Origin: an uncultured Chloroflexia bacterium
GTDB taxonomy: Bacteria; Chloroflexota; Limnocylindria; QHBO01
Direction: 5' to 3'
NCBI GenBank assembly: GCA_963827475.1
Contig: CAWHAZ010000005.1
Span: 416,001-480,000, forward strand
Length of the DNA stretch: 64,000 bases
The position numbers were made by a program, and so were the translations under genes. This document shows positions 30,175-44,689 of this stretch, one piece after another. The notes under the pieces are model-generated. The model ran no database searches and was not told the DNA's origin. It worked only from the letters and a program-made list of their open reading frames with translations. The first letter of the stretch is position 1, and every line of letters begins with the position of its first letter.

Positions 30175-30998
30175 GCGAGCCCACGAGCGCCGATTCGCCC
30201 CAGAGCGGGTCACGCATGTACCACATCGCCCTCGAGCGGGGCGAGCTGGCGGAGTACATCATCCTGGTGGGCGAGCCGAGCCGGGTGGCGAAGGTCGCCT
30301 CGCGCTTCGACAGGGTGGAGGTGGAGCGCAGCAACCGGGAGATCACCACCGCCACCGGAACCTGGCAGGGCATGCGCCTGTCGGTCATGTCGACCGGCAT
30401 GGGCCCCGACAACACCGAGATCGTGCTGGCCGAGGTCCTGGAGATCACGGACCAGCCGACGTTCGTGCGCGTGGGCTCGTCGGGCGGACTCCAGCCTGAG
30501 ATCGGTCTCGGGGACCTCGTGGTCTCGACCGGGGCGGTGCGCCTGGAGAACACGACCGACTTCTACGTCCATCCCGGCTACCCGGCCATCGCCCATCGCG
30601 ACGTCGTCCAGGCACTGGAGACGGCCTGCCAGCAGCTGGGGTACGCCCACCACGTGGGGATCACCGCCACCGCCCCCGGTTTTTTCGCGCCGCAGGGAAG
30701 GGCGATGCGCACGCTCCCGGTTCGCTATCCTGATCTCGCAGAGGAGCTCAGACGTCAAGGCGTTCTGAACCTCGAAATGGAGTCGTCGGCACTGTTCGTG
30801 CTGGCGGGCCTGGCCGGATCGCGTGCGGGCACTGTTTGCGCGGTGTACGCCCAGCGAACAGCCGGGACGTTCGTGGGGGAAGGCGCGGCAAAGGAGGCCG
30901 CGGAGGCGCGCTGCATCGATGCCGGTCTGGCCGGGATCCACCTGGTGTGGGAAAAGGACAGCAGCAGCGAGTCGAAACCAAACGAAATGAACGCTTAG
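30171..30998 (+). CDS. udp: Uridine/nucleoside phosphorylase (NP-I family)
   Basis: MYHI, VGEPSRV, NREI, STGMG, RVGSSG, GAVR, LNLEMESS. Confidence 0.85.
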   Translation: MSEPTSADSPQSGSRMYHIALERGELAEYIILVGEPSRVAKVASRFDRVEVERSNREITTATGTWQGMRLSVMSTGMGPDNTEIVLAEVLEITDQPTFVRVGSSGGLQPEIGLGDLVVSTGAVRLENTTDFYVHPGYPAIAHRDVVQALETACQQLGYAHHVGITATAPGFFAPQGRAMRTLPVRYPDLAEELRRQGVLNLEMESSALFVLAGLAGSRAGTVCAVYAQRTAGTFVGEGAAKEAAEARCIDAGLAGIHLVWEKDSSSESKPNEMNA

Positions 30999-31013
30999 GA
31001 GGCAGACGAACCG

Positions 31014-31157
31014 ATGGCGACCGACGGCTACTGCGTCAAGTGCAAGACCAAGCGGACCATGAAGGATGACCGCAAGATCACGATGAAGAACGGCAAGCCC
31101 GCGACGCAGGGCATCTGCCCCGTGTGCGGCACCAAGATGTTCAAGATCGGAGGCTGA
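31014..31157 (+). CDS. 47-aa basic Zn-ribbon protein (DUF5679-like); not in the ORF track
   Basis: AGGAGG RBS; MATDGYCVKCKTKRTMKDDRKITMKNGKPATQGICPVCGTKMFKIGG. Confidence 0.88.
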   Translation: MATDGYCVKCKTKRTMKDDRKITMKNGKPATQGICPVCGTKMFKIGG

Positions 31158-31231
31158 GGCCCCCATTCGCCTCGCCGGCCGCCGAGCCCCGCTCGGCGGC
31201 CTCTCCATTTTCGGCCGGTAGAATGGCCCCA

Positions 31232-36284
<5,053 letters not shown>

Positions 36285-36417
36285 GGAAGGGCAGTCCTCG
36301 GTGTGAAATCAGGGGTGGTGCAGCGCGGATTCGGCCGGGGGCCGATCGGCGGCGGAGTATAGCACCGAGGTGCTCTCGACACGCCGCGGCGCATTCGGCG
36401 ACAATCCGCCAGATTCG

Positions 36418-38272
36418 ATGCGTACCCCCGCGGTTGCGAGCCCAGGCGCCGACGTCACTCCCGGGTCGGACATCGCGCGCCGTCTCCAGGCCCTTCCCCG
36501 TTCGGTCGTCGTCGCCCTCGTGGCGGCCGGCGTTCGTTCTCGCCATGCTGCTCATTCCGGCCGTGGTCGCGGGCGGCCTCGGCCTCGTGCTCGACGGGCG
36601 GGTCATGCCCAGCGTGGCGGTCGCCGGGGTCGACATCGGCCTGCTGACAGCGGCCGAGGCCGAGGCCCGCCTCCGCGAGCAGCTCCCGGACATCACCGCC
36701 GGCCAGCTCACCGTCACCCTGGATGGGGAGGCCACCCGTGTTCCGCTGACCGAGCTCGGCCGCGACCACGACTACGCCGGCCTGGTGGCGGCGGCGATGG
36801 CGGTCGGCCGCAGCGGCGATCCCCTGGCGGACGGCCGTGAGCGCTTGGCGGCGCTCGTGCTCGGCAGCCGGATCCCCGACGCGGTGGCCGTCGACCCCGA
36901 ACGCCTCGATCAGCTCGTCGTCGACACGGCCACCCGGGTCTTCACGTCACCCATCGACGCGGCGGTGGTGACCAACCCCGACGGGACGTACGCCATCTCG
37001 CCTCCCCTCGAAGGCCGGCGAATCCATCCGGATGCCATTCGGGCCGCGGTGCTTTCGACCGTGCTCGAACCGGACGCCACCGAGCCGGCGGTCACGCTGG
37101 TCAGCGAGCCGATCCCGTTCACCGTCACCCAGGGCCAGGCCGCCGCGGCCGCGGGCGCGGCCCGCGCGATGTTCGCCGCCCCGCTGGCCCTCACCGACGG
37201 GACCACCAGCTTCGCGGTGGCGGCGGAGGACATCCGCGCGGCGGTCACCTTCGGGACGCGAATCGACGACAGCTACGGGGTCCTCCTCGACCGTGCCGCT
37301 CTGGCCGCCGCCCTGGCGCCCCACGTGGCCGCCGTCCACCTCGACCCGCAGGACGCGACGTTCACGTTCGACGGGGCCACCCTGAACGGCGTCCAGCCCG
37401 CGGTCACCGGCCGCGACCTCAACGTGCCCGGGACGGTGGCGGCCATGGTCGACGGCCTCGAGTTGCGTGGGGACGGGATCGAAACCCCGTCGGTGGCGCT
37501 CGCCGCATCGGTCGTGGAGCCAACCCTCACCACCGCCGCCGCGACCGAGATGCTCCCGAACATGGTCCGCCTCTCGACCTGGACCACGCGGTACGTGCCG
37601 TCGAGCGGCAACGGCTTCAGCGCAAATATCAGCATCCCGGCCATGGCCATCGACCAGATGGTCATCCTGCCCGGCGAGGACTTCGACTTCTGGCGCGACA
37701 TCGGTCCGGTGACCGCCGAGCGCGGCTACACCTACGGCGGCGCGATCATCGACGGCCGGAGCACGGGTGACCAGGCGATCGGCGGCGGGATCTGCTCGAC
37801 CTCGACCACGATCTTCAACACCGCGCTGCGGGCCGGGCTCCAGATGGGGGAGCGCGCGAACCACTACTACTACATCGATCGCTACCCGATGGGCCTGGAC
37901 GCGACCGTCTTCGCGACCTCGACCTACGAGCAGAGCATGACCTTCACCAACGACACCGAAGGACCGATCGTCATCCGCTCCTTCGCGTCCCCCGGCCTGG
38001 TCCGGTTCGACCTGTGGGGCCTGCCCACCAACCGCGTCGTGTCCTTCTCGACGCCGGTCATCTGGAACCGGAGGACCGCCGGCGACACGGTGGAGTACAC
38101 CGCGACCATGCCGGCGGGGACGAGCAAGCGCGTCGAGTTCCCGCACAATGGCCTCAGCGTCAGCGTGACCCGGACCGTGACCGACGCCACCACCGGCGAG
38201 GTCATCCACACCAACATCTACAACAGCTACTACCAGACCGTGAACGGGGTGACCCTGATCGGCACCGGCTGA
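36418..38272 (+). CDS. VanW family protein with PG-binding repeats; probable frameshift near 36530
   Basis: VAVAGVDIG, GGGICSTSTTIFN.ALRAGL, ERANH.YY..RYPMGLDATV. Confidence 0.85.
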
Positions 38273-38325
38273 CGCCGACCACGGACCAATAGACCGATGC
38301 GGGCGCCGGGCTAGACTTGCCCGCC

Positions 38326-40137
38326 GTGACAGCCCGCGAGCGGATGCGCAACTTCTCGATCGTCGCCCACATCGACCACGGCAAGAGCACGCTCGCCGAC
38401 CGGCTGCTGGAGGCGACCCACACCATCGACCCGCGCCAGATGACCAGCCAGGTGCTGGACTCGATGGACCTCGAGCGGGAGAAGGGGATCACGATCAAGG
38501 CCCGCGCGGTGCGCCTGCTGCACACCGCGGCCGACGGCCAGGAGTACGTGCTCAACCTCATCGACACGCCCGGCCACGTTGACTTCTCGTACGAGGTGAG
38601 CCGATCGCTCCAGGCCTGCGAGGGGGCGCTGCTGGTCATCGACGCCAGCCAGGGGATCGAGGCCCAGACGCTGGCCAACGCCCAGCTGGCCACCGAGCAG
38701 GGGCTGGTCATCATCCCGGTCATCAACAAGGTGGACCTGCCCAGCGCCGACCCGGCGATGGTCATGGCCGAGCTCGAGGAGACGCTCGCCATTCCCCGCG
38801 AGGAGGCGATTCTGGCCTCGGCCAAGGACGGGACCGGGGTCGACGAGATCCTCGAGGCGATCGTCTCCCGGATCCCGGCGCCGCCCGGGGACCCTGACGC
38901 GCGGCTCCAGGCCCTCGTCTTCGACAGCCACTACGACCCGTACAAGGGAGTGGTGGCCTACGTCCGGCTGGCGAACGGCACGCTCCACGACCACGACAAG
39001 ATCCGGTTCATGGCCACCGGGGTGACCTCCGAGATCCTCGAGCTCGGCTGGTTCCGCCCGCAGGCGGTGGCCGCTCCGACCCTGGCCGCCGGGGAGGTGG
39101 GGTACGTCGCCACCGGCCTGAAGTCGATCGCCGAGGCCCGGGTCGGCGACACGCTGACCTCCGCCCGCCACTCCGCCCCGGAACCGCTCCCCGGCTACCG
39201 CCCCGTGCTGCCGCTGGTGTTCGCCGGCATCTACCCGCTGCGCGGCGATGACTACCCGCTCTTGCGCGACGCGCTGGACAAGCTCCACCTGAACGACGCC
39301 TCGTTCGTGTGGGAGCCCGAGTCCAGCGTGGCCCTGGGCCACGGCTTCCGCTGCGGGTTCCTCGGCCTGCTCCACATGGAGATCGTCCAGGAACGGCTCG
39401 AGCGCGAGTTCGACCTCGACCTCATCGCCTCCGCGCCGTCGGTCGAGTACCGCGTCCGTCGGATCGGCGGGGGCGAGGTCGTGGTCGACAACCCGGCCCG
39501 CATGCCTCCGCCGGGCGAGCTCGAGGACATCGCCGAGCCGTGGGTCTCGCTCCAGGTCATCACCCCCACCGAGTACGTCGGGCCGGTGATGGAGCTGACG
39601 ACCGCCCGGCGGGGCGTCTTCGGCACCATGGAGTACCTCGACCCGCGACGGGTGAACATGCATTTCGAGATGCCGCTGGCCGAGCTCATCGTCGATTTCT
39701 ACGACCAGCTGAAGGGCCGATCGTCGGGCTACGCCAGCCTCGACTATGCCTTCATCGGCTATCGGTCAGCCGACCTGGTCAAGCTCGACATCCTGGTCAA
39801 CGGCGAGGCGGTGGACGCGTTGAGCCTGATCGTCCATCGGTCGAACGCCCCGCGCATCGGTCGCAGCCTGGTCGAGAAGCTGAAGGCCCTGATCCCGCGC
39901 CAGTCGTTCGAGGTGCCGGTCCAGGCGGCCATCGGTTCCCATATCATCAGCCGCGAGACGATCCGGGCCTACCGCAAGGACGTCATCGCGAAGTGCTACG
40001 GCGGTGACGTGACGCGGAAGCGGAAGCTGCTCGAGAAGCAGAAAGAGGGCAAGCAGCGGATGAAGCGGGTCGGCTCGGTCGAGATCCCGCAGGAGGCATT
40101 CCTCGCCGTGCTGCGCATGAACGAGACGACGCCCTGA
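38326..40137 (+). CDS. lepA: Elongation factor 4
   Basis: [54 protein letters not shown]; start could also be TTG 38317. Confidence 0.97.
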   Translation: MTARERMRNFSIVAHIDHGKSTLADRLLEATHTIDPRQMTSQVLDSMDLEREKGITIKARAVRLLHTAADGQEYVLNLIDTPGHVDFSYEVSRSLQACEGALLVIDASQGIEAQTLANAQLATEQGLVIIPVINKVDLPSADPAMVMAELEETLAIPREEAILASAKDGTGVDEILEAIVSRIPAPPGDPDARLQALVFDSHYDPYKGVVAYVRLANGTLHDHDKIRFMATGVTSEILELGWFRPQAVAAPTLAAGEVGYVATGLKSIAEARVGDTLTSARHSAPEPLPGYRPVLPLVFAGIYPLRGDDYPLLRDALDKLHLNDASFVWEPESSVALGHGFRCGFLGLLHMEIVQERLEREFDLDLIASAPSVEYRVRRIGGGEVVVDNPARMPPPGELEDIAEPWVSLQVITPTEYVGPVMELTTARRGVFGTMEYLDPRRVNMHFEMPLAELIVDFYDQLKGRSSGYASLDYAFIGYRSADLVKLDILVNGEAVDALSLIVHRSNAPRIGRSLVEKLKALIPRQSFEVPVQAAIGSHIISRETIRAYRKDVIAKCYGGDVTRKRKLLEKQKEGKQRMKRVGSVEIPQEAFLAVLRMNETTP

Positions 40138-40802
40138 TGGGCGACTTCGCCGAATCCCTCCGCCTCTCGATCGCGATCGGGATGACCGTGTTCATGGTCG
40201 TCCTCCGTTTCGACCAGGAACGGATCATGCGGAGCGACTACTTCCGCAGCCGCTCGCGCTGGATGGGCCCGCTGAGCTACTACGGGCTCGTCCTGCTGTT
40301 CACGGCCGGGATCATCCTCATCCTGCCCCGCGGCCGCGCCTCACTCTTCCTGGTCGGGGGCGACCCGTCGGAGCTGCTGCCGGTGATGGTGGCGTTTGGG
40401 CTGGTCGGCGCCCTCAACGGCGCCGCCCTGGCGCTGGTGCGTTTCCGCTCCCTCGTCCCGCTTCCGTTGGACATGCTCCCCAGCCGGACCGTCGGCGCGG
40501 CGCTGAACGCGATGGCCGAGGAGCTCCAGTTCCGATCGGTCATCCTCGGCCTGATGCTGGTCGGCGGGCTGGAGGTGCCCCTGGCGGTCGCGCTGCAGGC
40601 GGTGATCTTCGGCGCCGCCCACCGCCGCGTCTGGCGGGAGCGCGACTGGTACTTCGTCATCGGCTCGGTGATCCTCGGCTACGCCTGCGGCCTGGTCACG
40701 GTCAACACCGAGACGGTGATCCCGGCCATGGTCGGCCACTTCGCGGTCACGATGGGCATCTTCGCCTTCGCCGGCGGCCGGCTGAGGATGCAGCGCATCT
40801 AG
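40137..40802 (+). CDS. CPBP (Abi/CAAX) intramembrane glutamic protease
   Basis: EELQFR, FGAAH, H in last TM; stop/start overlap with lepA. Confidence 0.85.
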   Translation: MGDFAESLRLSIAIGMTVFMVVLRFDQERIMRSDYFRSRSRWMGPLSYYGLVLLFTAGIILILPRGRASLFLVGGDPSELLPVMVAFGLVGALNGAALALVRFRSLVPLPLDMLPSRTVGAALNAMAEELQFRSVILGLMLVGGLEVPLAVALQAVIFGAAHRRVWRERDWYFVIGSVILGYACGLVTVNTETVIPAMVGHFAVTMGIFAFAGGRLRMQRI

Positions 40803-40812
40803 GAGGCTCTCA

Positions 40813-40830
40813 CCGATACGGTGGTATCGG
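40813..40830. promoter_or_regulatory. Palindromic operator upstream of the histidine kinase gene
   Basis: CCGATAC-GGTG-GTATCGG; near copy at 42797. Confidence 0.55.
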
Positions 40831-40877
40831 ACACAGATCCTTCCTTCGGCTGACGACCCCGTTGTGACCCTGGAGTA

Positions 40878-42065
40878 GTGTCGGGACCGATGAACCGGAT
40901 TCGGGGCGCGCTGGGCGCGAATCCGCTGCTCGTGGACGCAGCCATCGCGGTGGGCCTCAGCGCGCTCTCGCTGTTTGCGTTGAGCGCGGGTGCGACCGAC
41001 CTCGGGCCGGCCGGCCCGGTGAACGTCGCGCTGCTGCTCCTGCAGACGATGCCACTCGTCCTCAGGCGACTGTTTCCGATCGGGGTCCTGGCCATCGTGG
41101 TGGGCTCGATGGCGCTCCAGGTCTGGCTCCTTCCCGACGGCGCCCATCTGAATGCGAGCCTTGGCATATTCGTCGCGCTCTTCACCATAGGCGAGCAGCT
41201 CGAGCGGCGCATCTCGCTGCCGCTTGCCGCGCTGGCCTGCGTCGTCCTCGGAATTGCCATCGTCCAGCACACCGGCGTCGCGACCGGGCCGCAGTCACTC
41301 ATTCAGACCCAGCTCTTTTTCCTCGCCTCGTGGTTCATCGGTGATGCTGCGCGGGTCCACCGCCTCTACACCGCTTCGCTCGAGGAGCAGACCCGGCTCT
41401 TGGCTCGCGAGCGTGAGGAGCGTGCTGGCCGCGCCATTCGGGAGGAGCGAGAACGGATCGCTCGTGAGCTCCACGACGCGGTCACCCACCACGTGAGCGT
41501 CATGGTCATCCAGGCCAGCGGCGCGCTCCGCTCGCTCGAAAAGCGCCCGGCGGAGAGTCGGGCGGCGCTGGAGGCCATTGGCACCACCGGCCGACAGGCG
41601 CTTACCGATATGCGGCGCATGCTCGGCATCCTCGGCCAGCCCGAGATCGCCGAGCCGGCGCCGGGGCTCGACCTGCTCGGCGAGCTCCTCGAGCAGGTCC
41701 GCTCGGCGGGACTCGTGGTCGAGCTGTCGATCCAGGGTGCGCCGCGGCAGCTGGACCCCGGCATCGAGCTGTCCGCGTACCGGATCATCCAGGAGGGCCT
41801 CACGAACTCTCTCAAGCACGCGGCTGGCGGGCGGGCCCGGGTGACCGTGAAGTACGAGCGCGATTCGCTCGACATCTCCATCGATGACGAACGGGGAGCG
41901 CGAGCGCGGGCCGAGGTCGAGGCGACGCACGACGGCGTCGGCCTGATCGGAATGCGCGAACGGGTCGCGATCTTGCGCGGCACCTTCGCCGCGCAGCCGA
42001 CGGCGACCGGTTTCCGGGTCACGGCAAGAATTCCGCTGGATGAGCCGATGGGCGCGCCGACATGA
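40878..42065 (+). CDS. HisKA_3 (NarX/LiaS-like) membrane sensor kinase
   Basis: ERERIARELHD, YRIIQEGLTN..KHA, GLIGMRERV. Confidence 0.93.
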   Translation: MSGPMNRIRGALGANPLLVDAAIAVGLSALSLFALSAGATDLGPAGPVNVALLLLQTMPLVLRRLFPIGVLAIVVGSMALQVWLLPDGAHLNASLGIFVALFTIGEQLERRISLPLAALACVVLGIAIVQHTGVATGPQSLIQTQLFFLASWFIGDAARVHRLYTASLEEQTRLLAREREERAGRAIREERERIARELHDAVTHHVSVMVIQASGALRSLEKRPAESRAALEAIGTTGRQALTDMRRMLGILGQPEIAEPAPGLDLLGELLEQVRSAGLVVELSIQGAPRQLDPGIELSAYRIIQEGLTNSLKHAAGGRARVTVKYERDSLDISIDDERGARARAEVEATHDGVGLIGMRERVAILRGTFAAQPTATGFRVTARIPLDEPMGAPT

Positions 42066-42751
42066 GCATCCGCGTCCTGCTCGTCGACGACCAACAACTG
42101 GTCCGGACGGGTTTCCGCATGATCCTCGCCGACGAGGAAGGGATCGAGGTCGTGGGCGAAGCGGGCAACGGGCGCGAGGCGGTCGAGCTGGCCGCCGGGC
42201 TAAAACCCGATGTCGTGGTCATGGACGTGCGGATGCCGGTAATGGACGGGGTCGAGGCGACGCGGCAGCTGGCGACCGAGAACGGCGACGCTGGGCCACG
42301 GATCCTGGTCCTGACCACCTTCGACGCCGACGAGAATGTCGTCCAGGCCCTCCGCGCCGGTGCGAGCGGATTCCTGCTCAAGGATGTCCACCCCGCGGAC
42401 TTCGCTCAGGCGATTCGCATCGTCGCGGCAGGAGAAGCACTCCTCGCACCGTCGGTGACGCGCCGGCTGATCGACCGGTTCGCGCGCCTGTCCGTCCCCG
42501 CTGATGAGTTGCAAGTGGCGGAGCGCCTCCGGGACCTCACCGAGCGAGAGCGCGAGATCCTGGAGCTCGTCGCGAACGGCCTCTCGAATCGCGAGATCGC
42601 CCAGCGCCTCTCGCTGGCGGAGCCCACGGTCAAGACCCATGTCTCGCACTTGCTGATGAAGCTCGAGCTTCGGGATCGGGCCCAGCTGGTAGTGCTGGCC
42701 TACGAGCTGGGCGTCGTTCATCCGGGCTCCGCTGAGTCGCACGCCCGCTGA
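42062..42751 (+). CDS. NarL/LuxR family response regulator
   Basis: LVDDQ, MDVRMP, LTEREREIL, GLSNREIA, TVKTHVS. Confidence 0.95.
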   Translation: MSIRVLLVDDQQLVRTGFRMILADEEGIEVVGEAGNGREAVELAAGLKPDVVVMDVRMPVMDGVEATRQLATENGDAGPRILVLTTFDADENVVQALRAGASGFLLKDVHPADFAQAIRIVAAGEALLAPSVTRRLIDRFARLSVPADELQVAERLRDLTEREREILELVANGLSNREIAQRLSLAEPTVKTHVSHLLMKLELRDRAQLVVLAYELGVVHPGSAESHAR

Positions 42752-42796
42752 CCTCAGGCTCATCGCGCCGGAGATTCGCGCCGCGGGGTGAGCCCG

Positions 42797-42814
42797 CCGA
42801 TACCGCGGTATTGG
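42797..42814. promoter_or_regulatory. Palindromic operator upstream of the ABC exporter
   Basis: CCGATAC-CGCG-GTATTGG. Confidence 0.55.
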
Positions 42815-42932
42815 CCGTCACGCGGACAACCGAACCCAGAATCGTGGATTGATTCGCGACCATGGAATGACGACACGGACGCGAGCGAGACGGACCCTCC
42901 GGGTGTGTAGAACCACTGCGGAGGAAGAGCAG

Positions 42933-43892
42933 ATGACAGGACAGGCGGCCATCAGGATGGCCGGACTAACCAAGCACTACCCCGACGTCCAGGCGCTCAC
43001 CGACCTGACCTTGGACGTTCCCGTCGGGAGCATCTACGGCTTCCTGGGACCGAATGGGGCGGGCAAGACCACGGCGCTCAAGCTGCTTGCCGGACTGATC
43101 CGGCCGACCCGAGGCAGCGCCGAGGTGGCGGGGATCCCGGTCGCGGCCGGCCCGGCGTACCGTAGGCAGGTCGGATACCTCAGCCAGGAGCCGCGCTTCT
43201 ACGGGTGGATGACCGGCCGCGAGACGCTCGGGTTTGTCGGGTCGCTGCATCCGGCAGACGCTCGGCCGGACGGTGCACGGGTCCAGGAGGTCCTCGACCT
43301 GGTTGAGCTCGCCGAGGCGGCCGACCGGCCGGCGAGGACGTACTCAGGGGGTATGCGTCAGCGGCTCGGGATCGCCCAGGCCCTCGTGGCGCGGCCCGCG
43401 GTCCTTCTGCTCGATGAGCCGGTCAGCTCGCTCGATCCCATCGGCCGGCGAGAAGTGCTCGAACTGATGCAGCAGATCAAGGGCGAAGCGACCATCTTCT
43501 ATTCGACTCACATCCTGGACGACGTCCAGCGCGTGAGCGACCACGTCGCCATCCTCGACCACGGCCGTCTCGTCCGCGCCCAGCCGACGGCCGACCTCCT
43601 GTCCAGCTCAACTCGCGACCGGATGCGGGTCGCCCTCGGCTTCGCGACCGATGACACGGCGGTGGCGCTGGCAGCGATCCCCGGGGTGATCTCGGTCGAG
43701 CCCACCGAGCACGACGCCGAGTCGCGCACGTACGTGTTGCGCATCGATCCCGATGCGGCAGCACCTGTCCAGCGCGCCGTCACCCGACTCGCGGCCGAGT
43801 CCGACCTCACCGTCATCGATAACAGCCACGTCCGCGAGGACCTGGAGGACGTGTTCATTCGCCTCGTCGACACGAAGGAGCATGCCGCATGA
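42933..43892 (+). CDS. ABC-2 type exporter ATP-binding protein
   Basis: GPNGAGKTT, YSGGMRQRLG, LLDEP; GGAGG RBS. Confidence 0.93.
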   Translation: MTGQAAIRMAGLTKHYPDVQALTDLTLDVPVGSIYGFLGPNGAGKTTALKLLAGLIRPTRGSAEVAGIPVAAGPAYRRQVGYLSQEPRFYGWMTGRETLGFVGSLHPADARPDGARVQEVLDLVELAEAADRPARTYSGGMRQRLGIAQALVARPAVLLLDEPVSSLDPIGRREVLELMQQIKGEATIFYSTHILDDVQRVSDHVAILDHGRLVRAQPTADLLSSSTRDRMRVALGFATDDTAVALAAIPGVISVEPTEHDAESRTYVLRIDPDAAAPVQRAVTRLAAESDLTVIDNSHVREDLEDVFIRLVDTKEHAA

Positions 43893-44644
43893 CCGCCCTG
43901 TTTCCCGGGTTCTCCGGGCTCCTTCGCAAGGAGCTGCTCGAATGGCTTCGTGGCCGCCGCGCCTGGATCGTCCTGGCGGTGAGCGTCGCGTTCATGGCGC
44001 TCACCGCCCTCAACGCCTGGCTGCAGGAGACGATCGCCACGATGGAGGGCGTTGAGATCCCGCCGCCGAACATGGACCCCATGGTGAACCTCATGACGGC
44101 TGTCTCGACGCAGATCTTCGTCGTCGTGACGATTTTCGCGGTCATGAGCCTGCTCATCGTCGAGCGTGAGAGCGGGACCTTGGCGTGGACGGCCTCCAAG
44201 CCGGTCTCGCGCGCCGGTATCTGGCTGGCGAAGTGGCTGTCGGCAACCGGGATCCTGTGGCTGCTTGCCGGCCTCGTGCCGCTGGCGGCGACGATCGTGC
44301 TGGTCATCCTCCTGTACGGCCCTGTTCAGGCGGCGCCGATTGCCATCGTCGCGGTCGGCATCGGCATGTCGATTGCGCTCTTCGGCGCGATCGTCCTCGC
44401 CGCCTCGACCATCGTCACGAGCCAGGCCGCGGTGGCGGCCATCGGGCTGGCTGCTGTGTTCCTGCCGCAGGTACTCGGGGCCATCGTCCCCATTGGGCCG
44501 TATCTGCCGACGTCGATCCTCGAGTGGACGCTGGTAACGGCGAGCGGCCAGTCGGCCGAACTGGCCACACCGATCGTCTGGGCGGCGACCGTCGTCTTCC
44601 TGGTGGTCTTCGCCGCTCGGCGGATGGAGCGCATGGACCTCTAG
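43889..44644 (+). CDS. ABC-2 type permease
   Basis: KELLEW.R, ERESGTL....KPVSR....AKW; 6 TM helices. Confidence 0.88.
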   Translation: MTALFPGFSGLLRKELLEWLRGRRAWIVLAVSVAFMALTALNAWLQETIATMEGVEIPPPNMDPMVNLMTAVSTQIFVVVTIFAVMSLLIVERESGTLAWTASKPVSRAGIWLAKWLSATGILWLLAGLVPLAATIVLVILLYGPVQAAPIAIVAVGIGMSIALFGAIVLAASTIVTSQAAVAAIGLAAVFLPQVLGAIVPIGPYLPTSILEWTLVTASGQSAELATPIVWAATVVFLVVFAARRMERMDL

Positions 44645-44689
44645 CCCAGAGGTATTCGCGCGGGGTATCACGGCCGTACACTCGGCCGG

